64,000 nucleotides of DNA, from positions 12,103,818-12,167,817 of the forward strand of contig JARFYF010000057.1 of the NCBI GenBank assembly GCA_030265395.1, in the 5' to 3' direction. The position numbers and the translations under genes were made by a program. The notes beneath the pieces were generated by a model. The model was not told where the DNA came from, searched no databases, and saw nothing but the letters and a program-made list of their open reading frames with translations. The stretch comes from Rhina ancylostomus. Its lineage: Eukaryota. Below, in pieces: positions 11,937-24,644 of this stretch (the stretch's first letter is position 1; each line of letters opens with the position of its first letter).

Positions 11937-12029
11937 CACTTCGCTCCTCATGATAGGGATTGTCAGAAGTTCTCTTCTATTTGAGACCGGATGAAATATG
12001 AAGGTAAGGTAACCAATAATATAAAAGAG

Positions 12030-13810
12030 GATAACAAGTTTTTTCAGATACATAAAGAGTAAAAGAGGGGCAAGAGTGGCGCTGCATAAGTAGTAATGGG
12101 GAACAAAGAAATGGTGGACAAACTGAATAAGTATTTTGCATCAGTCTTCACTGTAGAAGACACCAGCAACGTGCCAGAAATTCACAAGAGTCAGGGGTCA
12201 GAAGTGAGTGTAGTCGCTACTACTTGGGAAGTTGAAAGGTCTGAAGGTGGATAAGTCACCTGAACCAGATGGACTACACCCCAGAGTTCTGAAGGAGGTA
12301 GCTGAAGAGACTGTGGATCTTTCAAGAATCACTAGAGTCAGGAATGGATCCAGAGGACTGGAAAATCACAATGTCACTCCATTCTTTAAGAAGGGAGGGA
12401 AGCAAAAGACAGGAAATTATAGGCCAGTTAGCCTGACTTCAGTGGTTGGCAAGATGTTGGTGTCCATTATTAAGGATGAGGTTTCAGGGTACTTGGAAGC
12501 ACATGATAAAACAGGCTGAAGTCAGCATGATTTCCTTAAGGGGAGATCTTGCCTGACAAATCTGTTAGAATTCTTTGAGGAAGTAACAGGCTGGATAGAC
12601 AAAGGAGAGTCAGTGGATGTTGTGCACTTGGATTTTCAGAAAGGCTTTGACAAGGTGCCACACATGAGGCTGCTAAACAATATAGGAGCCCATGGTATTA
12701 CAGGAAAGGTACTAGCATGGATAGAAGATTAGCTGACTGGCAGAAGGCAAAGAGTGGGAATAAAGGGGCCTTTTCTGGTTGACTGCTGGTGACTACTGGT
12801 ACTCTGCGAGGGTTGGTGTTGCGTCTGCCACTTTTTACATTATATGTTAATGGTCTGGATGATGAAATTTTGATGCTCAAGTTTCTGAATGATAAAAAGA
12901 TAGGTGGAGGGGCAGGTAGTGTTGAGGAAGCAGGAGGACTGTCTAGAAGGACTTGGACAGGTTGGGAGAATGGGCAAGGAAGTGGCTGATGGAATACAGC
13001 GTAGGGAAGTGTATGGTCATGCACTTTGGTCGAAGGAATAAAGGCATAGATTATTTTCTAAATGGGGAAAGAATTCAGAAATCAAAGGTGCAAAGGGACT
13101 TGGGAGTCCTACTGCAGGATTCCCAAGACATTAACTTGCAGGTTGAGTTGGTAGTATGGAAAGCAAATGCAATGTTAGCATTCATTTTGAGAGGACTAGA
13201 ATATAAAAGAAAGGATGTAATGCTAAAGCTTTATAAGCTGTTGGTCAGACCACATCTGGAGTATTGTGAGCAGTTTTGAGCCTGATATCTAAGGAAGGAT
13301 GTGCTGGTATTGGAGAGGGTCCAGAGGAGGTTTACAAGAATGATCCTGGGAATGAAAGGGTTAATGTATGAGGAGTGTTTGATGGCTCTGGGCCTGTACT
13401 TGCTTGAGTATAGAAGGTTGAGGGGGGATCTCATTGAAACCTACTGAATATTGAAAGCCTTGGATAGAGTGGACATGGAGAGGATGTTTCCAGTAGTGGG
13501 AGAGTCTAGGACCAGAGGGTACAGCCTCAGAATAAAAAAGATGACCCTTTAGAACAGAGATGAGGTGAAATTTCTTTAGCCAGAGGATGGTGAATCCGTG
13601 GAATTCATTGCCACAGATGGCTGTAGAGGCCAAGTCATTAGGTATATTTAAAGCAGAGGTTAATGGGTTCTTGATTAGTAAGGGTGTCAAAGGCTATGGG
13701 GCTAAGGCAGGAGAATGGGGTTGAGAGGGGAAAATAGATCAGCCATGATTGAATGGTGGGGCAGACTCGATGGGCTGAATAGCTTAATTCTGCTCCTATG
13801 TCTTATGGCC
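12030..13810 (+). mobile_element. CR1 LINE, 5'-truncated, RT domain to 3' tail (pseudogenised ORF2)
   Basis: LKVDKSPEPDGLHPRVLKEVAE, NYRPVSLTSVVGK, GRSCLTNLLEFFEEVT, VDVVHLDFQKAFDKVPH, WARKWLMEYSVGKC, LYKLLVRPHLEYCEQF with stops and frameshifts; tail ...tctgctcctatgtcttatggcc. Confidence 0.95.
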
Positions 13811-14004
13811 TGTTATCTTTGGCACCTTTGCAGTGTTCTCCACAGTGAGGTTGATGCAAAGTATTGGTTTAAGTTATCTGCCATTTTCCTGTTTCTCATT
13901 ACTAATTACCTAGCTGCAGTCTCCAGGGGCACCAATACTTACTTACTCTTTTTTATATATATCCATAGAAACTCTTGCAGAGTGATGACCATGCTCACCT
14001 CAAG

Positions 14005-14125
14005 GCTCCTTTCCAGAATTGGTGGAACTTTCGTATTTAGCAAGCTTGACCTGTCTCACAGAGAGTGGACTCAGGGAGCAAGAACCATCCTACATTTGAT
14101 GTGCACAAGGGGCTATATGCCTACC
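14005..14125 (+). mobile_element. Ty3/Gypsy reverse transcriptase remnant
   Basis: LLSRIGGTFVFSKLDLSH, then with frameshifts VDSGSKNHPTFDVHKG-LYAY, matches the Gypsy RT block FSKLDLS.AY....INTHKGLY.Y. Confidence 0.55.
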
Positions 14126-14439
14126 CCAAGTAGACAGACAGGGTTAAATCCACCTGTAAGATTAGTTGGACAAAAATGTTGAATGAGATCCGGAGGTGTT
14201 TATGTAATCATTGTCTTGGAGACTTGAAGGTAGTTGAAGGTACTGGTAGGGGTACTCAGGACGATACAGAAAAAGAATATCTGCCTGATTTGATACTTGT
14301 GGTTCTCAAAGTTGTCCATCTAGGATTCAGAATATCAATGCCCATACTCGATGTGACATATCTGACAACTCTGGTTGAGTTCAGGTGTGTTCTGTCTTAT
14401 ACAAATTATCAGTTGGCAGTCTCCACCTCCTCTTGGAGG

Positions 14440-15150
14440 GTTCGGTGAATTTGAACCTCTGGGAGGCGTGGGCTTTGCACTAGGTGGCAGCTTTAGTTCG
14501 GACTAGTCTTCGATGAAACAACAAAGCTTTTAAAAAAAACCTGCGTTCCCTTCTGCATACTGAGTCCCTTTTAAGTCGCTCGACTTTCCTCCAGTTTGGT
14601 GCCGCTTCGTCAGTTGCGTAAATCAGTTTCAGTGTCGACTCTGCCACAACAGGTCGGTGAGCAGATTCATTGCCGCAACGTTTGCAACAGTTGTGAATGT
14701 AGCCGGAGGTCGGGGGAGGGAGAATTGGGAGTAGAAGGGCGTGGAGACCGGGACAGAAAACCGGAATGTGAAGTTAATTAATGATGGAATCGTGGCTGGA
14801 GGGCTCGAAGTGAGAGGAGTGTGGTGGGATAAGGGGGCAGGGAGGTAGAGGAGAGGAAGTATTTCGGTGTTAGGTTACATCGTACTTCTGTGTGTGTTAC
14901 TGGATATTTTGTATTTAGTTTTTACTGAGACTGCAGCTAACTGCATCTTACTAGGTGATATTTTGAAGATTAACCCTCGGCTGTTATTCGAAAAACTATT
15001 TTACGACTTGGAGGTTTTCTTGTCTCTAGAAATTCTGGTTTTCTGCCTAGTAAGTTGATGGAGACCTGCACCTGTCGAGCAAAATATTGTTTCCATCCGC
15101 CCCGCCACCCACTGCCCCGCGTCCAGATGCTGGCATTCCTATTCGCCAGT
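14440..15150 (+). promoter_or_regulatory. CERS4: CpG-rich region: probable promoter and non-coding first exon of the ceramide synthase gene
   Basis: Local CpG enrichment in otherwise CpG-depleted DNA; GC/GT-box gggaggcgtggg at 14461; CTCF-like GCACTAGGTGGCAGC at 14477-14491; donor-like cag|GTCGGT at 14653 and cg|GTGAGC at 14657, followed by G-rich sequence. The first coding exon starts at an acceptor, so an upstream non-coding exon is required. Confidence 0.55.
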
Positions 15151-18100
15151 CCCACTTCCTATCCTAAGCAACTTCAATTACCCTAATACTAGAGCTTTAC
15201 ACTTTGTGTTCTCGGGCTTTAATTTGCCGTGAATAGTGAACTAATAGCGGTAAAAGGTGATTTTTTTTTTGTGGGGCAATTTTAAAGGCGTTCATTTTGG
15301 TCACTTGAAGGGTGAAAGGGCACTTTGATCTGAGGTTAATTAAAGTGCTTGTGTCCAAGATTAGTTGAATTACTATTCCTCAGGATGTTTCTTACCTTTC
15401 TTTACCACCCCCCCCCCCCCCNNNNNNNNNNNNNNNNNNNNNNNNNNNNNNNNNNNNNNNNNNNNNNNNNNNNNNNNNNNNNNNNNNNNNNNNNNNNNNN
15501 NNNNNNNNNNNNNNNNNNNNNCCCATGTGGGAGATTTACACTATCAAATGGATCGTGGCCTGATATTACTTGTAAAAGAGACTGGAAGTGGGAAAGAAGG
15601 GTTCTGAGTGTCTTGGGGGGCCTGGATGGGAAAACTGATTGAAACAACTTGCTTAGGGGTCTTGCTTTTAGAAGAGAGTTGGCTTAATCCATGGCACTAG
15701 ACTTGAGGCTCTAGGGAAATGGCAGACTGTCTGGTGTGGGACTTTCCTCCATGACAAAGATGGCTCTTTGGTGGAGAGATCATGAGGCTTGAAGCCACTG
15801 TAGTACATTGTCATTGTAAATGTACATTACCTGTAGGTTGGATGTGTGAAATACATGCTCCTCTCTAGATCCACGAGCTTGCATTGTTAAAGTGAAAATA
15901 GTTTGGGTATTTTGTCACAGCCGCTCAATTCTAGTTATCTGGGCAAGCAATGACAAGCCTAGTAATGCTCATTGAACTGTGCTATTTCTAATTTAAACTC
16001 CAATATTATTCTGGAAGCTCTTGGATGATACAAATGTTTAAACTTTAGCTTGTGCTGTCCGGAATTAGGTAAATGGAAAGGAAGGTTAAATTTAACTGTG
16101 CTAAAACTGTCCAATGCTCGCATGAGGTGTGTGAGCCTACCCTTGGTACCACTGACTCCTGACTAGGTTAATTGTATGTGAAGAAGGGTTTTGGTCTCTG
16201 AGATGGAAGATTAGAGATTTGAGCCTGTCCAAAGCAGAAATGGAGTGAAACTTCATTCAGATATGTCCTTCACATAAACTGTTAAAGCAGTGCTTTACCT
16301 CTATTCTAGTGATTTAATATGAATGCTTAAAAATGCTACAGTGCCTGTTTAAGAACACCAGAAAGCTCTCTTTCCAGCACCACTAAGAACAAATTACTGT
16401 TGCTATTTCTGGACTCTTGCTATGTGTGTGTGTATATATTTTTTAAAACATGTTATCTCATTTACTTTAATTTCACCAACAGGTCCTCTTTGATATCAAT
16501 GTGGAACTTGTGAACAATATGACATCACTAATATAAATGTTTGTTAGTATGCTTTTTCTCCTGGCCCTAGTTATTGATCAAGATTATTGGCTAAAACCTG
16601 AGTAATTTCATTGAAGAATTTGACATGTTTTTAGGTTGAGGACAAGTCCACAGCACCTGAATGTCAGAAACTAGGTGAATTAGGAAAACAACTTTCAGTC
16701 AAGGAATTGGTTTGTCAATCGCGTCAAGCATGAATGCTGGCTAATGAGTGGTTCAATAATTCATGTTCTGCTCTTGCACTCCAGCACCTGTAAAATATTG
16801 ATGGTGCTTTTGTTTAATGTTGGAGACATTGAGTATTTAGTGGAGCAGGCACAGCAGGACCATCTGGCCTGGTGCAATGGGCATGTGCCAAAGGTGTGAG
16901 GAGATGGGAAATGTGGACAAGAGGTCAGGACACTACTTGCACTCAAACACCACCNNNNNNNNNNNNNCATCTAAAAGACAAAGAAGAAAGGAATTGGGGG
17001 AAAGTGGGCCATGAGGGGATAATAGCCTAGGCAGATGGGAGGGGGAAATCTGGGCAATAAGGTCTGAGTATTTTTAGGATGAAGGAGCTAGGTAATTTGT
17101 CCAGGCATGGATAGATGGCTATGGGCAAACAGGAGGTAGTGATAAAGTTGCCCAGGGAAAGATTTCTGAGAAAATGAATATTGAGCTGGATGGAGTGATG
17201 GCAGTGGTGTAAGGATGCAGAATAGCAAATACTAAATCAGTGTAAGATGCAGCTGGGGCATAGGTGAATGGGGCATTTAACCTATGGAAGAAATTTAGAT
17301 TTTGACAACCATTTTGTGGGTAAATCAGCCAATGTGCTTTCTGATGTAAATCTCCTAATTGCACTGGTTCTAATAAAATCAAATTAGGAAGGATGTATGG
17401 AATTGATCTCCATTGTTACATTACTATCCAACATCAAAATAACACCTGCACACAGCTCTTGTGTTCAATGCCTCCAGTGGGATGGAATACACTAATGTGG
17501 GAACTGACACATTGTACTGGGCTGGTGGTTTTTAGCAAGTGCCTGTCTTAAGGAGTTCTCCTGGATTTTCAATCTTCTGAACAGAGGTCAGTTGTCTCTA
17601 GTTACAGCAGATAGATGGATTAAAGTGTTTTTTTTCCTCTATTTGTACTAGCTTTTTCTAGCAAGGTGTTCTTCCATTCTATTCTCCATACTTCACTGGC
17701 CCCATGTAATATCTGATCATAATAACCCAGGAGCCTTGAAGCAGTGAATCCTGAAGGAAGCAGTGATGATCTCCAAGTCAATGAGAAATGAAAATGGAAT
17801 TTCTAAAGTGTGTTTGGGACTCTTTCCTTGAGAGTTAAATGCCAAAACGGGGAGAGGAATTGCTGAAACTAATTGTGTTCAATGAAAATTCAGATGTGTT
17901 AAACACAGATGTGCATTTGGCTGTAGTACCTGGATTTTCCAATTTGGCTGCAAAAGGTCAGATCTGCTGCTGACTGTGAAGAAAACAGCCCCAAAAAATT
18001 TAAGTACACTATATGGTGTAGATTTGCCCTCTTCAATAAGATTTCAGATTGAGCAAACCCTTGCCTGCAATGTGGATCTTCAGGATGGCTGAGAAATTAT

Positions 18101-19234
18101 TTAGATGGGGGGGGGGAATATTCTCAGAAAGCCAAAAAGTAAAAATTCTTAACTTTAACTAAGACATTTTGGAGCAAGTGAAATTAAAAACAAAATAATT
18201 TGTTTTAAATTTATTTAAATGAAAGAATCATCTGCACACAATTTAAGAGTCTAAGAATTTGTTCGGCAATAATTGTGGCCTTGTAGGTAATTATAATTCA
18301 GCCATACTTCATTCAACATTTTCAATGGATTTAGCAATAAGAGAAATGAGTAAAAGCTGAAAGTCTTACCAAGTTCCTAAAATTGGATGTGCATCTTTGA
18401 AAATTGCAACATTGCTGTAAGTGAAAGAGCAAGGTTTGCTGATGGCAACTTCTGGACTTTGGAGAAAATTGGCAGAGCCAGAAGATGCTCTTAACTTCAG
18501 CGATGATCATGTTACCACTAACTTCAGCAAAATTACAACTGAAAATCCTGGGATGGTTTGAACTTTAATGGTCAAAAAGAGACATTTTAGTACAAAAACA
18601 AGGTATTGGGATTAGAATAGGTCAGATGCTAGAAAAGCAAATAACTAGCTTGAGATTTTGGGGGGGGGGTGGGCAGTGAGGGTTAAGACACAGGACTGTA
18701 GAATGATTGTCTCATTAAAGAGAATAAAATAGTAGAAAGATATCAGGCAATGAAGATATTACAATGCATAAATATTAAATTTTTTTTGNNNNNNNNNNCC
18801 CAAGATGGGAGCCAAGTGGTGGAAAAATTTAAATGGACTGTTGTTTGGAGCCAGTAAAATAATGAAGCTTTGAGAAAGCACATTTCCAATGGTTGAAAGG
18901 TGTAGAATAATGAAGAGAGATGTGAAAATAAATTTAAGGGATCTAGGATAGAGAGCAATTGAAATATTCTTGGAGGTTTAGGTAGTGCTGTTAATGCTAT
19001 GCACTTACAAAGTTGGGGGGGGGAAGAGGTTTGAAGAGACTAAACTGCTGCAGTCCTTGTAAATGGTTAAACATAAACCACTGTGATGGTGAAGGAATGG
19101 TGATACGCTTCCAAGACCAGACTGGTGTGTCACCCAGGGGGAAATTCCAAGTTGGATCTTACCCTTATGCCTATCACCCTCAGTGACAGAAGTCTCGAGT
19201 TTGAACTGCCAAGCTCTCAGTGCCTTGTTAGTCC

Positions 19235-19360
19235 ATGGAGTTAGAGGTATAGCATGGAAAGACCCTTCAGCCCATTGAGTCCACACCAACTGTCAACCAC
19301 TCATTTTACTCCAACCCTACATTAATCCCTTTTCTCTGTTCTCCTCTTATTCTCTCCAAT
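19235..19360 (-). mobile_element. HE1/V-SINE 3' part
   Basis: agcatggaaagacccttcagcccattgagtccacaccaactgtcaaccactcatt is similar to the reverse complement of the SINE tail at 37850-37925. Confidence 0.6.
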
Positions 19361-19459
19361 TTAAGAGATTTAGTAGAGGAATGTGAGGGGAATAAGGGTT
19401 TTGTGTGTGGAACAGTTTTATGGAATGGATTCCCACTCAAGTGGAGCATCAATACCAAG

Positions 19460-19900
19460 AGACCAGGAGACATAGGAGCAGAATTAGGCCATTCAGCCCA
19501 CAGTCTGCTCCACTATTTGACCACAGCTGATCTATATTTTCCCCCTCAACCCCATTCACCTACCTTCCCCCTGTTATCTTTGATGCCCTTGCTAATCAAG
19601 AAGCTATTCACCTCTGCTTTAAATATACCCAATGACTTGGCCTCCACAGCTGTCTGTGGAATTAATTCCATAGATTCACCACCCTCTGACGAGAGAAATT
19701 CCTCCTCGCCTCAGTTCTAAAGGAATGTCCTTTCATTCTGAGGTGCTGCCCTCTGGTCCTAGACTCTTCCAGTACTGGAAACATCCTGTCCATGTCCACT
19801 CTATCCAGGCCTTTCAATAATAATAGGTTGGTTTCAATGAGATCCTGCCCCCTGCCCCCCCCCCGAAAATAAGTATGGACCCAGAGTGATCAAACACTTG
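19460..19900 (-). mobile_element. CR1 LINE 3' end
   Basis: Clear reverse-complement homology to 13400-13810, e.g. cctctgctttaaatatacccaatgacttggcctccacagc versus gctgtagaggccaagtcattaggtatatttaaagcagagg. Confidence 0.9.
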
Positions 19901-20790
19901 AGACATGCTTATAACTTTATAATTCTAAGATGTTTGAATATCATTGTGCAGGTTACAAAATCTTTCTTGGAAGAGGGGGGTAAAAAATAATGAGCTAACA
20001 CTTTTGTCCCAGTCAGACTGCTGATCCTTTGCCTCTCTTGTACAGGAAATAATTGAGGCATTACACCTACTGCTAACTAGACAACTTCTATTTTAATGTT
20101 TAAAATAACTGGAAGTATACAAATTGTAAAGCAACCATTTCTACTTGGGTCTTGAGGTAGAGGCATTGAGTGGTTCACCAACCAGGGTTCTTCAAGAGCA
20201 ATTGCCTTGATAGTTTTTGGATCTGAATATATCTTCAGTCTTGGGTTGTTTCCTTTGTTGTTCCACATGACCCAAAATCTCCAGTGTATCTGACATTCAC
20301 ACTGTTCTTGATCTGTTTTGTGCAATGTGCTATATTTAACTTCAGTGTCAGCTTCATGCAAATTCACCAGTCTGAACACATTTGATTATCAGTTAATCTA
20401 ATACAAACCTGACATGGAATGCAGAAAAGGGAACTGCTGTCTTAAGATTAAAACATCAGACTTTCAAGGTGGGATTTGAACTTGCTTTCCCTGTATTATT
20501 TTAATTTTTACCAATAGACTTAACTTCTTTACACAGCAGGGTGTACAGAAGAACATGAGTGTATTCAGTGCAACTTTCAGCTCCTTGCATTGAAAGTGCC
20601 CTTGCCTCAAATTGAGTGGTTACTTATTGCAGCCCCATGATCTTTGTGACCCTGGTTCAGCTGCTGCTTCAGTGACTGTTCCTATTCATCGGATTCGCGG
20701 CAGGCTGTTTGGACCATGGTATTCGGCTCCATCTGTAACTCCTCTGATAATTAAGCAAAAGATGGCCCGTACCAGGTTTAAAATGATGAG

Positions 20791-21090
20791 GAGTGGCAAA
20801 GTGGTGCAGCTAGTAGAGCTGTGGCCAAGCAGCTCTAGTAACCTGGGTTCATTCATAACCTTTGGTGCTAACTGAGTGGAGTTTGCATGTTCTCCCTATG
20901 ACCACATGGATGTCCACTTGGTGCTCTGGTCTCCTCCCACACCCCAAAATTGTATGGGTTGGGAGGTAAATTGGCACTGCACACCCTCTCTAAGGAATAA
21001 GTGAGTGGTAGAATGATGGAAATGTGGGGAGAATAAAATGGGTATGTTCATTTACACTGATGCTTGATGATTGGTGCAGGCTCAATAGGG
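20791..21090 (+). mobile_element. tRNA-derived V-SINE (HE1-like, elasmobranch)
   Basis: A-box-like TGGTGCAGCTAG (20802), B-box-like GGTTCATTC (20846), V-domain gtggagtttgcatgttctccc...tgctctggtctcctcccac, then aatgtggggagaataaaatggg. Confidence 0.8.
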
Positions 21091-21739
21091 ATAAAGGAGA
21101 ATGCTGACATCACCAGCCAACCTTGGCAACGATGACAACTTGTCTGTAAAGCTTTAATGAAGTAAAATGCTCCAAGGTGGATGTGGAAACACCAAGCTAC
21201 AGGCAGCTAAGCAAAGCTTGGTCAAGTGTAGGTTTTAAGAAATGTCTTGAAGGAGAAATGGGTAGGAAATAAATTTGGAATAATTCCAGAGTATCAGAGT
21301 TCAAATATAAACCTCAACACCATTCAACCCAATGAAATTGAGTGTTGTTTATCTGAAATGAGATTCCTCTAACTTTATTTGCCATGCCAAAATCATTGGC
21401 TCATTTGTATTCCCTTCTCCTGCATGATACAATTTCCATCTGAAACCATCCAAGCTATTTGCTGCATCTAGAAATTTCTCTAGAGTCCTTTGCTCTTCTG
21501 TGCTATTCAGTTTTTGATGTTCGAGAGTTCAATAGGATTTTCTATGTCGATGGTCAAACCTGATGAAGGCTAAGATGATGGATCATTATTAATTGAGAAA
21601 ATGAAAGACCTGTGGTTTTGAAGGTTTGCCTGGAAATGACAGGAATAGGAACAGGTGAGCACAGGGAAACTTCACAGATGAAAATATTGAGGTGTTTCAT
21701 CCTTATAATTACAATTAAAGAGCCCATCCTGAGTTTTAT

Positions 21740-22215
21740 TCACTTCATTTTTGGAATGTAGGCATTATTGGCCATTATTTATTGGCTATCCCTAATTTTC
21801 TTGAAGGTATGGATGAGCCATTTTCTTGAACCAATGCGATCCTTTTGGTGAAGGTACTCCCACAATGTAGATGGGTAGGGAATACCAAGATCTAGGTTGA
21901 GCATTGAAAGAACAGTGATTTGCATTTCCAAGTTAGGTTGGTGTGACTTGAACGTGCATCAGTATTGTTCTCATGCACCTGCTACACCCTTTTCCTTGGT
22001 GAAAGCAGTTGCAGATTTGGGAATTGATATCAGTGTGGCCTTTGAGTAACTGCCCAATAATTTTGCCACATTGTATTTGGTGGTGGAAGGAATAAAGAAT
22101 GAATGAGGGGTGGTGCTAGAGTGCCCAATCAAGCAGGCTGTTTTACCCTGGATAGAGTTGAGCTGCATGTGTTGGAGCTGTCTATCAGGCAAGTGAACAG
22201 TATTCCATTGTGCTT
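21740..22215 (-). mobile_element. CR1/L2-group LINE 3' fragment
   Basis: Minus strand MEYCSLA...QLNSIQGKTACLIG resembles the ORF2 end MEY.PLAW...LD.IQ.KAARLIG; tail at about 21740-21830. Confidence 0.65.
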
Positions 22216-23259
22216 TTCTCTCAATATCTCACTGTGCACCCGCACCCCCACCCCCAATCTAAGAAGCTAGCCTCCAGCATTGCTGAGCAGCAGTTGGAAA
22301 TTAACAGCCATGTCTTATTATCATCTTATCCATGTACACTTTTGTTACCCCAATGGTTATTGTCAGTAATTTCCTGTTAGTTTTCCTTTTATGCCCAAAT
22401 TAATTACTGGGTATGACCAATTCATGCTCAATGCCTGATCTAATGAATTAGCAGGTTTGTATCTCTGACACTTTTAATAGTTAGTCACAATGCACAAGTA
22501 ACACTATGTAGGTACTTGCTTTTAACAAGAGTATTGCAATCTCATTAACTTTTTGGAGACAAAAGTTTCAAATGGATAGAGATCCAAATCACATAGACAA
22601 TCTACATAGAGGGGAAAAAGTAGGAACTCTTAAGATGCAAATACTTTTCGCTATACTCCTAGGTATTGAGTTTCATAAGCCTTTCTACTCCTACCTGCCA
22701 CAAAAGTTGGATTCTGCTCTTGCCACATTCTGATAGTATTGCAAAGAAATTTGAGAGCCAAGTCAAACAAATCTGAAGAGGAGGAAGTAAATCCTAAAGC
22801 AGCATTTGGGTAAAGTGAGAAGACTCACGTATGTAGAAGTCAAGTGAACTGAGGGTTTGATTTTTAGAACTGGAATAACCAAGTTGGTGTAAGAATTTCT
22901 TCAATCAACATAATGAGAATGCTAGTAGGAGATGGCATGTAACTGGTGGGTTAGGATAAGTAACATTCAGTTTTTTTTTACTATGTTCAGGAGTTTCTGG
23001 CTTTTATTAGGTTGCTTTATATTATTGGCCTTTTGATTAGGCAATTAAGGCACTGCCATAAAATGCAACTTCCCAGAGCTGGAAAACAACCAAAAATCTT
23101 GAGATGAGTAATTGGCCTATGAGGTCTATAAATCTTTAAGATATTGATAATGTTGTTTGGTTAAAATATTTCAACTGATAGGATTCTCATACAGAGAATT
23201 TTAATCTTGAGGAGTATTGGATAGATTTCTATTGCAGTGGAGGAACAAGGGTTCTTTTT

Positions 23260-24330
23260 GTTTCATTTGCAGAATTTGTTGCTGGCATATTCAACAATTA
23301 TTGTCCTTCCTAACTGCACTTGAACAAGTGGTGAGCAACTACCTTAAACTGCTTCAGTCCATATGATGAAAGCACTCCCATAACACTGTCAGAGTTCCAC
23401 AGCAAAGGTGGGAAGTCCAAATCTGAATGTAAGACTTGAAAGTGCTGGTGTTCATTTGTACCTACTGCTTGTAATCTCAGGTATGTTGGGAGCTATTGCT
23501 GATTTTGCTTCAGTGCCTGTTCTCCATGATATGCTGCAGTCATGGTGCACTGGTTTAAGATGGAGTAATGCATACCAATCAAGCAGCTCATCATCCAAGA
23601 GACATGACTGCTTTTGAGCTTCATTCAGGTAAGAGTATTCCATTAACCTTGTGTCTTTGGAATAGGGTGGTGAGTCATTTGCCATGGAATGCCCTGATTC
23701 TTGCCTTGGTATTTTTCTGGTTCATTTGAGTTTCTGGTCAACAATGATCTTTAGGATGTTAGTAAAAATGTGGAAAGATATTTCACAATGGTAAGGCATT
23801 GAATATCAGCAGAGAAGGGTTGATTGGTCAGAGATGTTCACTGTCCAGTACTCATGGTGCACATCTTGTGTAGTGTATCAGTAGATAACTGTTCCCTGAG
23901 CCATGATGTGTTGGCATGAGGTGCTTCATTTTGAGGACTTCTAAATGGAAAAGATCACCAGCCCTAATTCTGACATGGAGGGAAGGTAGTGAAACAATGG
24001 TTAGGCTAAGGACAAAGCTGTCCTTAGCTATCCAAAGGCTAAGGACTTCCTTGTAGTAATATCCTGGTTTAAAATGATTGACATTCACAACAAACATCCC
24101 TTTTCCTAGGATATGACTCCAACTATGTATTGGAAATTACCTTGACCCCACAAATTCCTATTAACGTTGATTTTTATTAGCTTTCCTTGATTCTACACTT
24201 AGCCAAGTGGTACCTTGTTGTCATGGATGCACATTCCCAGCTTGCCTATGGAATTCTGCACCTTGCCAATGTTTGGGCCAAGGCTACACCTGAGGTCTGG
24301 ATTTATAATCATGTCAAAACCCAAACTAAC
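23260..24330 (-). mobile_element. CR1/L2-group LINE fragment, same family as 21740-22215
   Basis: Shares blocks such as ccaatcaagcag(g)ct and agcactccca/ggtactccca with the 21.7-22.2 kb copy; heavily decayed. Confidence 0.55.
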
Positions 24331-24447
24331 CGCTAGTGAGCCAGCTTTTGATATTCTATCACTTTGGTGATTGAGAATTGGGGGGAAATGGTTGCTTTGG
24401 ATTTATTGTATATTTTCTGGACAAGACATACCAAAGGAACTTCCTTA

Positions 24448-24644
24448 CAGGTCCTCCCTGGGTTACAATCGTTTGACTTGTGTACAGCCCATATATACGA
24501 ACAAGCACTTGGGAGACTGATAGGATGGATTTGCCAGCTGCTGCGTGTGGAAACTCAGTTTGCAGCCACATTTCCGACTTGCGAACTGTCTTGGTTACAA
24601 ACGTTTGCAGGAATGGAACCCTGCCATAACCTGGGGAGGACCTG
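24448..24644. mobile_element. 197-bp MITE of Tc1-mariner (Tigger/pogo-like) type with TA target-site duplication
   Basis: TA|caggtcctccctgggttac ... ataacctggggaggacctg|TA: the first 11 nt of the TIRs are perfect and 16/19 match overall; flanked by TA at 24446-24447 and 24645-24646. Confidence 0.85.

Larger units (their letters stand above)
10040..13980 (-). mobile_element. Old CR1 LINE (3' tail at about 10040, ORF2 to about 13980), interrupted by two insertions
   Basis: Tail aacacaaggaaacaggagcaggagaaggccatc at 10043. Minus strand around 11500-11596 encodes VMGLKAGKFPGPIELHPRILQEMAAE. The element resumes at about 11941-11985 and again at 13811-13980 (KSFYGYI...RNRKMADNLNQYFAS). Confidence 0.8.

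Noticed and set aside
12232-13279. RT-like ORFs as a functional gene
   Set aside because: Fragments of a CR1 ORF2 with stops, frameshifts and a destroyed catalytic FADD motif.
20791-20860. tRNA gene
   Set aside because: The A/B boxes belong to a tRNA-derived SINE head; there is no cloverleaf and it runs into the V-domain.
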